Origin: a virus
Taxonomy: Duplodnaviria > Caudoviricetes
DNA: 64,000 bases
IMG/VR virus record: IMGVR_UViG_3300021400_001091
Coordinates: 1 to 64,000 of that record
Strand: one strand, 5' to 3'
The notes under the pieces were generated by a model. It ran no database searches and was not told where the DNA came from. It saw only the letters and a list, made by a program, of their open reading frames with translations. Positions 47,659-58,585 of this stretch are shown one piece after another. The position numbers and the translations under genes are program-made. Every line of letters starts with the position of its first letter. Position 1 is the first letter of the stretch.

Positions 47659-48072
47659 ATGAGCAGCTACGAAGAAAAAATTATAATGGTCTTAGGGCGG
47701 GACCGAATTGATTTTGAAAGAGAGAAACGCTTTTCAGATTTGAAAGGTGGAAAGTATAGATACGACTTTTACGTTTACTGCGCGCAGTCAAGAAATTGTA
47801 TCATAGAGGTCAATGGAGAGCAGCATTACCGCAGAGTTGGTAAATTCCATCGCTCCCGCGCAGACTTCGAAAAAGCTAAGGAGCGGGATCGCCGTAAGAT
47901 CAGCTACGCCCTCGCCAACAACATCCCAATTTATATTATCCCATTTTGGGAGATTGAAAACATTAAAACCAGCTCTGACATTTTCCAGGAAAAGTTTAGA
48001 GCTAGAGATAAGTGGAAGAACGATCGCGATTTTTCAATTTATTCAAAATTTGACGGCCGTGGCAAAATTTGA
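47659..48072 (+). CDS. PD-(D/E)xK (DUF559/Vsr-like) endonuclease
   Basis: YRYDFY...IIEVNGEQHY...DRRKISYA..NNIPIYIIPFWE. Confidence 0.75.
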   Translation: MSSYEEKIIMVLGRDRIDFEREKRFSDLKGGKYRYDFYVYCAQSRNCIIEVNGEQHYRRVGKFHRSRADFEKAKERDRRKISYALANNIPIYIIPFWEIENIKTSSDIFQEKFRARDKWKNDRDFSIYSKFDGRGKI

Positions 48073-48158
48073 TATACTATAATTGGGCGAAGCGCAAAAA
48101 GTTCAAAAAAAATTTCAAAACAATTTATTATATTATATATATAAGGAGGAAGTATCTA

Positions 48159-49187
48159 ATGGTAGATTTTTCTATGGAGCTTCTTCTTTTTTGTATTTTA
48201 CTTATAATAATATTAATATTTGTATTAAAGAGCGCCAGTAAGAAGAAACAAAGAATTAATGAGTTAGAAAGGTTAAAAAAAGATGAATTAAAAGAATACT
48301 TTAAAGAAGAATCGAAAAGGTACCAACGGGAACTAAATCTGGAAAAAGATAATGCTAGAATTAAAGCAGAAGCAGAATTAGTAGGTATACAAAATAAGAT
48401 AAATAACTTTCAAGGCGTTTTACAAGAAAAGGAAAAGCGTTATATGGAAGTTAATCAAGACTTAGATTTATATAGACGAGGAAAAATAGAAGAAATAGAT
48501 AAGGCGGCCAAATCAGAAGAACAGCGACAAAAGTTACTTGTTGATAGGTCAGTAGACGTATATCGAGATTTACAGATTGATAAAGCTAATGAAATTCTTT
48601 CAGAACTTTTGGAAATTAAAAAATCTAAAGAAAAAGAAATTGAAGAAATTCAAAATGAATTAGAGGTAGAACGTAGTAAGCGCGCCGCTATAAACGAAGA
48701 GATTTTACGACAGCGTGCCCTCGACGAACAGCAAGACTTTTATCGTATACAAATTAAAGAGGAAGATATTAAAGATATAGAAATTCTACGCTCAATAGTT
48801 CCTCGTTTACGCCATCCAGAAGCAATTAATAAAGTAATTTGGACCGCTTACTATCAAAAACCACTTGCTGAACTTAGAAAGCGCGAGGCCGTTGAAGGTA
48901 GTGGTGTGTATAAGATAACTCGAATGAAAACAGGCGAGATTTATATAGGTCAAGCAGTTAATATATCAACTCGTTGGACTGAACACGTCAAGTCTGCATT
49001 GGGAGTTGGAACTTTAGCTTCTTCGCAACTTCATCGAGTTATGAGAGAAGATGGTCCAGAGAACTTTACTTGGGAAGTTTTAGAAGAAGTATCAAAAGAT
49101 AAATTAAAAGAAAGAGAGTCATTTTATATTGATTTCTATGACTCAAAAACTTACGGATTAAATACTGTAAGTGGTAAGAAAAACTGA
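48159..49187 (+). CDS. Membrane-anchored coiled-coil protein with a C-terminal GIY-YIG nuclease domain
   Basis: TM helix, long coiled coil, GVYKIT...IYIGQA...RW..H...E..YI...YGLN. Confidence 0.75.
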   Translation: MVDFSMELLLFCILLIIILIFVLKSASKKKQRINELERLKKDELKEYFKEESKRYQRELNLEKDNARIKAEAELVGIQNKINNFQGVLQEKEKRYMEVNQDLDLYRRGKIEEIDKAAKSEEQRQKLLVDRSVDVYRDLQIDKANEILSELLEIKKSKEKEIEEIQNELEVERSKRAAINEEILRQRALDEQQDFYRIQIKEEDIKDIEILRSIVPRLRHPEAINKVIWTAYYQKPLAELRKREAVEGSGVYKITRMKTGEIYIGQAVNISTRWTEHVKSALGVGTLASSQLHRVMREDGPENFTWEVLEEVSKDKLKERESFYIDFYDSKTYGLNTVSGKKN

Positions 49188-49224
49188 GACGGCAACGACA
49201 GTTGACCGTAAGGAGGAAAAAGAA

Positions 49225-50295
49225 ATGTTAAGCAAATTACAGGAATTTATTGTTGAAACAAATGAACCAAGAGTTTTAGTATCAAGCGCCGCTGCGTCAG
49301 GTAAAACGGAAGTCTTAATTCAGAGACTTAAGTTTCTTCTTGATAGTGGTATTGACCCTTCAAAAATTGTTGCGATTACTTTTACTAATAATGCAGCATC
49401 GGTAATGTATGAACGTTTAGGGCGGCCGGTCGGTTTATTTATCGGTACAGTTCATTCATATTGTAACTATTTGTTACGGAGCAGTGCGATTGATACGTCA
49501 AACTTATTAGATGATGAACGATTTGATGATTTGTTTCCTTTAATTAAGGAAAATCCTTTCTGCTTTAAAGAAGTCGATCATTTACTTGTCGATGAAGCGC
49601 AGGATTCTACCGAGGCGCAGTTTGAATTCTTCGAACTAATCAATCCGCATAACTATATGTACTTCTTTGATATTCGTCAATCAATCTATGGCTGGAATGG
49701 CGCCGATCCAGAATATCTAATTAAGAAAATGGGTGAGCCAGATGTGGTGGTTTATCGAATGAATCAAAACTATCGCAATCTACCAGACATTCTCCATTTT
49801 GCAAAAAAGTTTCTCTATCGACTCGGCGCTGCCTATGAAGATGACTCTGTTCCAATGAGGAAGAGAGAAAATCACTACACGGTTATTGAAGGTGATATGA
49901 CTCCAAGTGAAGCGGTTAACGTACTTATTAAGTCGAGCGATCGATTAAGCTCAAACTGGGGCGATTGGTTTTTACTTTGTAGGACTAATGCAGATATAGA
50001 GTTGTTCTCGAAATTACTCAATGATAAAGGAATTCCAAATGATACCTTTAAACAATCTGAATTAACTAATTCTGAAATTGAAGACAGAATGAAGGAAGAT
50101 ACTGTGAAGATTCTGACTGCACACAGCGCAAAGGGGTTAGAAAATAAATATGTAATGGTGTTTAATGTACGAGCCTATAACGATGCTGAAGCAAGGCTGT
50201 GCTATGTGGCGGCGACTCGTGCGAGAGATTGTTTAATCTGGGTTAAAATGCCACCAAAGAAAAGAAAAGCGCCCAAAGTTGTAAGTTGGGAATAA
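49225..50295 (+). CDS. Compact UvrD/Rep-like SF1 helicase
   Basis: AAASGKT, VDEAQD, QSIYGW, NYR, TAHSAKGLE and YVAATRA motifs. Confidence 0.85.
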   Translation: MLSKLQEFIVETNEPRVLVSSAAASGKTEVLIQRLKFLLDSGIDPSKIVAITFTNNAASVMYERLGRPVGLFIGTVHSYCNYLLRSSAIDTSNLLDDERFDDLFPLIKENPFCFKEVDHLLVDEAQDSTEAQFEFFELINPHNYMYFFDIRQSIYGWNGADPEYLIKKMGEPDVVVYRMNQNYRNLPDILHFAKKFLYRLGAAYEDDSVPMRKRENHYTVIEGDMTPSEAVNVLIKSSDRLSSNWGDWFLLCRTNADIELFSKLLNDKGIPNDTFKQSELTNSEIEDRMKEDTVKILTAHSAKGLENKYVMVFNVRAYNDAEARLCYVAATRARDCLIWVKMPPKKRKAPKVVSWE

Positions 50296-50329
50296 AAAAA
50301 AGAGGGTTTATACCCTCTTTTTAATTTAC

Positions 50330-50773
50330 CTATTTAGGAGTTTCATTTGATAAAGTATAATAACCATCATGTTCAGTTGAAATTAAATAAGCAATCTCTT
50401 GTTCTGGAACATATACGCTTGTTGTTCCAGGACCAACTACTTTATCAGTAACTCCACACATATCATCTATTATTACAAATTTATCATTACCTTGTTGTGT
50501 AACTTTAAATTGATTTTCTCCATAAGTTGAATCATGCTCTAAAATTGTTGCGACTCCGTCTAGCATTTCACCTGGTGATACGGGTACGTTAACCGTAACT
50601 TTCTTATAAACCTTACCCTCATCTGGTGTATAAACCTTATTCTCTGTAGCTTCAAGTTCGATTTCTTCCTTATTATCTCCCTCTGCAAAGCCATCTAACA
50701 TACCAGAAATAACGGCAGGATTTGTATTACTTGGGGTTTCCCCAAGATACTCTAAAATATCGTCTTTAGTCAT
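50330..50773 (-). CDS. Hypothetical protein
   Basis: AAGGAGG RBS; convergent with the helicase at a shared terminator. Confidence 0.7.
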   Translation of the reverse strand: MTKDDILEYLGETPSNTNPAVISGMLDGFAEGDNKEEIELEATENKVYTPDEGKVYKKVTVNVPVSPGEMLDGVATILEHDSTYGENQFKVTQQGNDKFVIIDDMCGVTDKVVGPGTTSVYVPEQEIAYLISTEHDGYYTLSNETPK

Positions 50774-50901
50774 TGGTATATACCTCCTTATAAAAATAAT
50801 AGATCTATCAAATATAAGTCACAGAACTTATCAATAACTCTCATAATTTGATTTTTATTTTAAAATATGATATAATAATAATAGGATTAAAGGAGGCTGA
50901 A

Positions 50902-51867
50902 ATGGAAGAAAAAAGAATTGAACAACTTTTCAATAAGGCACTCTGTGAACGTTATCCATTCTTAATTCCTCGAAACCGTTTTAGTGATAAAATTATAAAT
51001 GATTGGAACTATGAATGGACAGAACTTGATGTAATGGAAGAAGGCTGGCGCAAAGCTTTTGGAATCCAATTCATGGAAGAGTTAAGAGAAAATTTGATTT
51101 CTATTAATTTTTTAGATAAACTAAGAATATTACAAATTAAAGAAAAATACGGTGTCCTTCGTTTTTACGTTGGTGGTGCATCGAAAGAAATATACGATAT
51201 AATTCATAAATATGAAAAATTATCATCTCACTACTGTTATAGGTGCGGCGCGCCAGGTAAATTAGAATGTTGGGACGGATGGTTTATAACTTGGTGCGAA
51301 GATTGTAAAGAAAAGATTATGAATAGAAATGTTTAAAGCAAAACGTAAAGATACAGGAGTTATCTATCAAGTATTAGACACTTGGTTTGACGAAATCTTC
51401 CATCAAACCTATTTTTTAGTCTGGGACAATAATAAATGGAGATGGCGTCCAGCCGATAAATTTGTCCCGCCTAATGTGGAGGTTAAGAATGAAGACTGAC
51501 ATTAAATACATTGGTAAAGATTATCTTCAAAAATTCATATTAGAAATAAATGGAGTTGAAGCTTTAGTAATTTTCAAAGCACTTTCCTTATTAAATTTAA
51601 ATGAAGATGTGCCAGAAGATGATAAAAGAATAGCTTTAAGAATAAGGTCAGATTTTTTTACTGCTTTGGGTGAAGAAAATGAAAAATAAACCAATTATTA
51701 TTACAATTTCTAATTTCAATGAAAAGGAACTTGATTATATTATTCAACCTGATGCAACAATGGATATTGCACAGGAATTTGATGAAGATATGAAACTTAT
51801 AGGAATTAATATTCATGTAGATGCGTTAGATAATCCAAAAGGTATTATAGAGATTAAAGGTAATTAA
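50902..51867 (+). CDS. Four small coupled genes (50902-51336, 51329-51499, 51489-51689, 51679-51867)
   Basis: Overlapping junctions; the first has QIKEKYG.LRFY plus CxxC..CxxC. Confidence 0.7.
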
Positions 51868-53721
51868 ATGAGTTATACAGCTAAAGATATTGAAACTTTA
51901 AGCTTTCGAGATGCAGTTCGAGAGCGTGTTGCCATGTATATGGGCAGCGCAGACAACCAGGGTGTGCTTCAGTGCGTTCGAGAAATCATTACCAACTCTA
52001 TCGACGAAGCCACAATGGGATATGGAAACTTAATAATTGTAGAGCTAGACAAAGACAACCTCGTAACTGTAACAGATGAAGCAAGAGGTGTTCCTTTTGG
52101 TATTAGAGAAGATGGAACAGAAGCTTTAGAGGCCGTTTATACAATGCCGCATACTGGTGGTAAATTTAACGAAAAAGTTTATCAGAATGTAGCTGGTATG
52201 AATGGAATTGGCTCAAAAGGCGTAGCTTTATCTTCCTCTTTCTTCCAGGCGGAGTCTTTCCGTGATGGCCAGCGCGCCGTATTAACTTTGAAAGACGGAA
52301 TTAAGGAATCATTTGAAGTCCATGAAGAAAAAAATAGCAGAACTGGTACGATTGTACGGTTTATACCAGATTCTAAAGTATATAATCTCGAGCCAATAAA
52401 GATTGACTTTAAAGATTTAAAAGAAATGTGTAAGAATTGGTCGTATTTGACCAAAGGAGTTAAGTTCCATTTAATCGACCATACAACTGGTGAGAAAGTC
52501 GAATACTATTCGAAAAATGGAATTTTAGATTTCCTTAAAGATTCAATTACAAAACCAATTCATAAAACACCACTTTATATAAGCGTTGAAGAAGATGGGA
52601 TTGAATGTGAGGTTGCTATGCAGTGGGCGGCCGACCGTTCCGAACATTGGTACGTATTTACTAATGGCCTTGCTAATCCAGAGGGCGGCACTTCGTTAAC
52701 TGGTACGAAAACTGCTCTTACAAATTTCTTCAAAAAACAACTCAAAGGAGAATTCACTCCTGAGGTAGCTCGGTCTGGTCTCTTTTACGTTATTAACTGC
52801 AAAGTACCAAATCCGTCTTTTGCAAACCAGACAAAGACAAAAGTCAACAATCCGGAACTCCGAGGACTATGCCAGAGAGCGACCGGTCAGATGTTGGAGG
52901 ACTACTCCAGGAGATATACAAGTGAGTTTGATCAGATTTTAGAGCTTCTTACAAAGGAACTGAAGGCAGAACGAGCAGCAGAAAGGGCCCGGCGCCAAGT
53001 ACTTGAAGCCTCTAAAGAAATCGAAAAGAATCAAAAGAAAAAAGTCTTTGCTAGCGATAAGCTAAAGGACGCAGAGTTTCTCGGTCCAAGTGCTACACTT
53101 CTTATCGTAGAAGGAAATTCTGCTATGGGTGGTATGGCGCAGGCTAGAGACTATACCAAATATGGTATCCTTGCTATTCGTGGTAAGATTATTAACTGTT
53201 TGTCAAATCCAGAGGAAAAGATTTTTCAGAATGAAGAAATCAAACTTCTTTTAAGTGCGATGAATATTGTGCCAGGTAAGTACAATGCATCGAAGTTACG
53301 TTATGGACGTATCGCAATCTGTACTGATGCAGACTCCGATGGGTCTCATATCGGACTTCTAATAATGGCAGCATTACAATATCTAGCACCAAAGTTCATC
53401 GAAGAAGGCAGATTATGCTGGCTTCGTTCCCCTCTTTATATTGAGGAATATAAAGGGAATGAGATTTACTATTTCACAGATGAAGAGTTTAATGCCGTAA
53501 GACATAAGATTAAAGGTGAAGTAACTCGTGCAAAGGGACTTGGTGAACTCTCTGCAGATACGGCGCGGGCTTCAATGTTTTCTTCAACCTATCAGAGAAT
53601 GGATGTTTTGAAACCAACACCACAATCAATTGACTTACTTTATGAATTGATGGGTACAGATGTTGAGCCGAGACGTAACTTCATCATGAAGAATGTGGAC
53701 TTCAGTACGATAAGAGAATGA
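51868..53721 (+). CDS. gyrB: Type IIA topoisomerase B subunit (GyrB/ParE-like)
   Basis: GHKL motifs EIITNSIDE, HTGGKF, GMNGIG; TOPRIM motifs VEGNSA, IRGKIIN, TDADSDGSHI; KGLGE. Confidence 0.92.
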   Translation: MSYTAKDIETLSFRDAVRERVAMYMGSADNQGVLQCVREIITNSIDEATMGYGNLIIVELDKDNLVTVTDEARGVPFGIREDGTEALEAVYTMPHTGGKFNEKVYQNVAGMNGIGSKGVALSSSFFQAESFRDGQRAVLTLKDGIKESFEVHEEKNSRTGTIVRFIPDSKVYNLEPIKIDFKDLKEMCKNWSYLTKGVKFHLIDHTTGEKVEYYSKNGILDFLKDSITKPIHKTPLYISVEEDGIECEVAMQWAADRSEHWYVFTNGLANPEGGTSLTGTKTALTNFFKKQLKGEFTPEVARSGLFYVINCKVPNPSFANQTKTKVNNPELRGLCQRATGQMLEDYSRRYTSEFDQILELLTKELKAERAAERARRQVLEASKEIEKNQKKKVFASDKLKDAEFLGPSATLLIVEGNSAMGGMAQARDYTKYGILAIRGKIINCLSNPEEKIFQNEEIKLLLSAMNIVPGKYNASKLRYGRIAICTDADSDGSHIGLLIMAALQYLAPKFIEEGRLCWLRSPLYIEEYKGNEIYYFTDEEFNAVRHKIKGEVTRAKGLGELSADTARASMFSSTYQRMDVLKPTPQSIDLLYELMGTDVEPRRNFIMKNVDFSTIRE

Positions 53722-53774
53722 AATTTGATTTTTTCTGAAAATTCATATATAATATATATAGTTGAGAGATAAAA

Positions 53775-56126
53775 ATGAGCGATTTAAACAAAGCAATCAA
53801 TGAAAGTTTCATACAATACAGTGGAGCGGTACTTCAATCCCGCGCATTAGTAGATGTGCGAGATGGCTTAAAGCCGTCCGCACGGCAAATTTTCTACTCA
53901 ATGCTACTGCATAAACTAACAAGCAACAAACCATATAAGAAAACTGCTAATGCAGTAGGTATGGCTATGGCCGACTTCTATATCCACGGTGATTCATCGT
54001 GTGAGGGAGTCATAATGCGTGCCGGTCAGCCTTTCTCAATGAGATACCCTCTTATTGATGTCAAGGGTAATGCTGGTTCGTTAATTGAATCAGGTAACTG
54101 GGCCGCCATGCGTTATACAGAGAGTCGCTTATCAAAGCTCTCTTCTGTTCTCTTCAATGACATTGATAAAGATACTATTAATGAATGGAGAGATAGTTAT
54201 GATAATACCAAACAGTTTCCTGCTGTTCTCCCATCGAGGGGGTATTATAACCTAGTCAATGGGACGATGGGAATTGGTATTGGTATGGCCTGTTCAGTTC
54301 CTCAATATAATTTGAAGGAAATGAATAAGGCTTTAGAAACCTTACTTTTCAATCCAGACGCTCCCTTCGAGGACATTTATATTGCTCCGGACTTTGCAAC
54401 GGGCGCAATCTTATTAAATGAATCTGAAGTAAAAGAGTCAATGAAGAGAGGTAATGGTTTCGCTTGTAAGCTACGTAGCGTCGTTGATTTCGATAAGCGA
54501 GAGCGGTGTTTCGTAGTTACAGAAATTCCATACGGAGTGTATACTAATACAATCTGCGGCGAGCTTGAAGAGATAATCAATAGCGAGGACAATCCCGGTA
54601 TAGAGCGTTTTAACGACCTAACTGGAGAGACAGCTCTTATTAAGATTTATCTTAACAAAAGGGCCAATCCCGATAAGATTTTGCGTTTCCTCTATAAGGA
54701 AACCTCTCTTCAATCTCACTATGGAATTAACTTTACAATGCTCGATAAAGGTCGTTTTCCAAAAGTTTTTACTTGGAAAGAAATGCTCCAGGCGCATATC
54801 GACCATGAGAAGGAAGTTTATCGTAGAGGTTTTGAGTTTGATCTCCATAAAATCGAAGACCGCCTTCACATTATCGAAGCACTCTTAATTGTTATTGCTT
54901 CTATTGATGAAGTAGTACAGACAATTAAGTCCTCTGATTCTACTGATACTGCGCGCCGCCGTCTGATGGAAGATTACAACTTAGATGGCGCCCAGGCTAA
55001 AGCAGTTCTCGAAATCAAACTGTCAAGACTGGCGCATTTAGAAGTAGAAAAACTTCAGAAAGAACAGGTTGATCTTCTAAAGAAGAAAGCATCTATTGAG
55101 GAAATTCTCAATAATACTGACCTGTTCAATGAAGAAATAGCCAAAGGATGGCGTGAAATCGCGCAGAAATTTGGCGATGAAAGACGTACTCAAATTTTGG
55201 ACATTTCTAAAGAGGATAATGAGCCAAAAGAACTGAATCAACTCTTAATCAACCTTTCTAATCAAAATAATATCTACGCCACCACAGTGTCTACCTTATA
55301 CACACAACGGCGTGGTGGCGTAGGTAACAAATTCAAAATGAGTAAGGGAGAATATGTAGTTAGCACAGCGACTGGTACAAATTTTGACACCGTACTACTG
55401 TTCTCAAATCGAGGGAATTGTTATCATATCAACCCTAACGAATTATCTTATGATGAAGTAGTTCCAATTGAAAGCTTAGTCAATCTAGACAAAAACGAAC
55501 AAATTAAAGAACTTGTTTTCTTAAACAAAAAAGAAAAGACAGAATTCATCATATTCTTTACAAAGAAGGGCATTTTGAAGAAAAGTAAACTTTCTGACTA
55601 TAATATACGAAGAAAGAGTGGGGTTAAGGCTTTAAACTTAGATAAAGACGATGAAATTGTCTCAATCTTATTTGTTAATGACGAAAGAGTTGGTATGATG
55701 ACTGCGCGCGGTCAGTTCGTAATGTGTGAAACTAAGAACATAAACGCCATTGGACGGGCCGCAAGAGGAGTTAAAGGAGTAACGCTTAATACTGGTGATG
55801 AACTCGTATGCGCCAAGGCCATCGCGCCAGATACGAAAGAACTACTAAGTATAAGTGAAAAAGGATTTATTAAGAGAACCTCAATAAACGAATTTACCGT
55901 AACGAACCGTGGTACAAAGGGAAGTAAAATACATATCTTAAATGACGAAGATGATCGCCTAATTTGCTTCGCGCCACTAGTTAATGAAAAAGAAACAATA
56001 ATCGTGTCTTCAAAATCACAAATTAAAATTAATCTAAATGAAGTGAACCTACTTTCAAAAGGCGCGCAAGGCACTAAATCTATAAAATTAACCAATTCAA
56101 AGGTGATCGGTTTATTGACTTTTTAA
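53775..56126 (+). CDS. gyrA: Type IIA topoisomerase A subunit (GyrA/ParC-like)
   Basis: RDGLKP, HGDSS, catalytic AAMRYTE; beta-pinwheel CTD with GyrA-box-like QRRGGVG. Confidence 0.92.
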   Translation: MSDLNKAINESFIQYSGAVLQSRALVDVRDGLKPSARQIFYSMLLHKLTSNKPYKKTANAVGMAMADFYIHGDSSCEGVIMRAGQPFSMRYPLIDVKGNAGSLIESGNWAAMRYTESRLSKLSSVLFNDIDKDTINEWRDSYDNTKQFPAVLPSRGYYNLVNGTMGIGIGMACSVPQYNLKEMNKALETLLFNPDAPFEDIYIAPDFATGAILLNESEVKESMKRGNGFACKLRSVVDFDKRERCFVVTEIPYGVYTNTICGELEEIINSEDNPGIERFNDLTGETALIKIYLNKRANPDKILRFLYKETSLQSHYGINFTMLDKGRFPKVFTWKEMLQAHIDHEKEVYRRGFEFDLHKIEDRLHIIEALLIVIASIDEVVQTIKSSDSTDTARRRLMEDYNLDGAQAKAVLEIKLSRLAHLEVEKLQKEQVDLLKKKASIEEILNNTDLFNEEIAKGWREIAQKFGDERRTQILDISKEDNEPKELNQLLINLSNQNNIYATTVSTLYTQRRGGVGNKFKMSKGEYVVSTATGTNFDTVLLFSNRGNCYHINPNELSYDEVVPIESLVNLDKNEQIKELVFLNKKEKTEFIIFFTKKGILKKSKLSDYNIRRKSGVKALNLDKDDEIVSILFVNDERVGMMTARGQFVMCETKNINAIGRAARGVKGVTLNTGDELVCAKAIAPDTKELLSISEKGFIKRTSINEFTVTNRGTKGSKIHILNDEDDRLICFAPLVNEKETIIVSSKSQIKINLNEVNLLSKGAQGTKSIKLTNSKVIGLLTF

Positions 56127-56257
56127 AATTTGAAGGGTGTCAAAATTTGAGTTTTTTATAAAAATCTATTATAATATATATAGAAAGTTAAGAGAAACTT
56201 TCTGCAAATTAAATTAACTCAAAACAAATTAACTATTAACTAAGGAGAGAAAAAACT

Positions 56258-56509
56258 ATGAAGCTTACTGAAAAGAGTGCAGAAGTACTGAACTATGTTA
56301 AGTCCAATGGTGGAAAGGTTTCCATCCCCGAGCTGGCTGAGGCTCTTGGCCGTAGCGAGCGTTCCGTCGGCGCTAACGTCACTGACCTGACCAAGAAGGA
56401 GCTTGCTGCTCGTGAGAAGGTTGAGATCGAAGGTGCTGAGAAGCCAATTACTTATGTTGTTCTGACCGATGCTGGTATGGAGTGGGTTCCTGCCGAAGAC
56501 GCTGAGTAA
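56258..56509 (+). CDS. Small winged-helix protein
   Basis: SIPELAEALGRSERSV...LTDAG pattern; own promoter and terminator. Confidence 0.7.
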   Translation: MKLTEKSAEVLNYVKSNGGKVSIPELAEALGRSERSVGANVTDLTKKELAAREKVEIEGAEKPITYVVLTDAGMEWVPAEDAE

Positions 56510-56600
56510 TTGAATTAAAAACAGAATAAAGTCGGAGGCTGAAAAGCCTCCCCTTCTATTATTCTTTTTAAAAGCAAGAGTAAAGTAAGAGGTAAAGTAA

Positions 56601-57524
56601 ATGTTGAGACAAGCAGAGAATAGAGTAAAGATTGAAGGGATTTTAAGTGAAGTTGATATTAAGCCATTGACTTTTAAGAAGAATGGACAGGATGCTGAAG
56701 CTATCAGCGGATCTATCATTGTTAAGGTTACTCAAAAGATTCACAAAGACGATACTGAAGAAAAAGATTATCTGGTTCCGGTTCATATGTTCGCGCCCAA
56801 GCTTACAAACGCTGGTAAGCCCAATCCGGCTTATGAGTCGATTAAGAGGGTTGCGAATGAGTTTGTCTCCATCGCCCAGGCTGGTGATGAGGACAAGGCC
56901 GATAGAATTAGAATCACTGGCGCAAATGTTCGTATGAACGAATACTATGCGGCCGATGGTCATCTTGTTTCTTTCCCAAGAATCAACGCTTCTTTCGTCA
57001 CTAAGATTGCGAAGGGTGATTGCAAGCCTGAAGCTAGTTTTACAATGGAACTGGCTGTTGCAAAGAAGGGCGAAGAGATGGATCGGAATGGAGAGCTGAC
57101 TGGTCGTTACAGAATTGATGCGATTCTGCCGCAGTATGGTGGTAAGGTCGATGTCGTTCCTCTGTATGCGGCTAAGCCTGGTGTTATTGATGGAGTTTCC
57201 ACTTATTGGGAGATTGGTGACACCGTTAGAGCAAATGGCAAGCTGGACTTTTCGTCTACAACCGAGACAACTTATGAAGATGTTGACTTTGGTGATCCGA
57301 TTGAGAGGATTCGTACTATCAATAAGAGCGATCTGATTATCACTGGTGGTTCCCAGGAGCCGCTGGAAGGAGACTTTGCGTTTGCAAAGGCTGACCTGGA
57401 TGAAGCTCTGGCTGACAGAAAGGCTAGACTTGAAGGTCAGAAGGAGAGAGACATGGCGCGGACTGCCTCCAAGAAGGCTCCCGCTGCGAAGGCGAACAAT
57501 GGATTCGATGACCTCGGATTCTAA
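56601..57524 (+). CDS. Putative single-stranded DNA-binding protein
   Basis: NRVKIEGIL OB-type start; acidic/aromatic tail FDDLGF; replication context. Confidence 0.6.
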   Translation: MLRQAENRVKIEGILSEVDIKPLTFKKNGQDAEAISGSIIVKVTQKIHKDDTEEKDYLVPVHMFAPKLTNAGKPNPAYESIKRVANEFVSIAQAGDEDKADRIRITGANVRMNEYYAADGHLVSFPRINASFVTKIAKGDCKPEASFTMELAVAKKGEEMDRNGELTGRYRIDAILPQYGGKVDVVPLYAAKPGVIDGVSTYWEIGDTVRANGKLDFSSTTETTYEDVDFGDPIERIRTINKSDLIITGGSQEPLEGDFAFAKADLDEALADRKARLEGQKERDMARTASKKAPAAKANNGFDDLGF

Positions 57525-57535
57525 GGAGGTAAATT

Positions 57536-58516
57536 ATGGCTGGGATTGATATTCTAAATATCGAGCCTACCGTAATTTCAAGAGATTTAAAGGGAAAATA
57601 TATCTTAATATATGGAAAGCCAAAGTCTGGGAAAACCACTTTGGCTTCTCGTTTCCCGAAGAATCTACTTATAGCTTTCGAGAAAGGTTATAATGCTATT
57701 GACGGAATTAAAGCGGTCGACATTAACAAGTGGGCCGACTTTAAATTAGTTCTCCGTCAGCTTGAAAAGCCGGAAGCTCGCGAAATGTATGATACGATTA
57801 CGATTGATACTACTACGATTGCCTATGAAATGTGTGAACAGTTCATATGCGCGCAGAATGGGGTACAGTCTGTATCAGAAATTCCTTGGGGTGGTGGTTA
57901 TGCTGCTACTAAGAAGGAGTTTGAAAGATGTCTTAGAAAAATTACAATGCTGGGATATGGTCTTGTTCTGATTTCTCATATTGAGACAAGAAAGGAGAAG
58001 ACTGCAGATGATAGCGAGATTGAAATTCTTGCGCCATCAATGCCTAAGCGTTGTTATGAAGTCGTCAACCAAATCGTTGATATAATTGGTTATATCGCTA
58101 CTGAGTGGGATGAGAGTGGAAATAGCCAGAGATGGTTATATACTAGACAAACTCCTACAGTTATGGCAGGAAGTCGTTTTCCGTATTTGGCTCCGAAAAT
58201 TAAGTTAGGATATGATGAACTGGTTGCAGCGATTAATGAAGCTATTGACCAGCAGAGGGAAAGAGACGGCGCCACAGTAGTAGATAAGGTTGAAACTAAA
58301 GTTGAAGAACAACTCAACTTTGATGATATTAGAACAGAAGCTTCCCGTATTTGGGGGAACTTGGTTACTAAAGACCCAGCTAATGCTGATAGAATTTTGA
58401 AGAAGGTTGAAATGGTCTTCGGAAGAAAAGTTAAGCTATCAGAAATTACTGAGGACCAGGTTGATTTGTTTAACTTAGTTCTACTTGACATGAGAGACAT
58501 GGAAAAGGAGCAGTAA
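57536..58516 (+). CDS. AAA-family NTPase (Sak4-like recombination protein)
   Basis: Walker A GKPKSGKT, Walker B ITIDT, LVLISH. Confidence 0.75.
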   Translation: MAGIDILNIEPTVISRDLKGKYILIYGKPKSGKTTLASRFPKNLLIAFEKGYNAIDGIKAVDINKWADFKLVLRQLEKPEAREMYDTITIDTTTIAYEMCEQFICAQNGVQSVSEIPWGGGYAATKKEFERCLRKITMLGYGLVLISHIETRKEKTADDSEIEILAPSMPKRCYEVVNQIVDIIGYIATEWDESGNSQRWLYTRQTPTVMAGSRFPYLAPKIKLGYDELVAAINEAIDQQRERDGATVVDKVETKVEEQLNFDDIRTEASRIWGNLVTKDPANADRILKKVEMVFGRKVKLSEITEDQVDLFNLVLLDMRDMEKEQ

Positions 58517-58585
58517 TGCTCCTTTTTAAATTTGACATTTTCTTGAATTTCTGGTATAATATAATTAGGATAAAAGGAGATTAAT

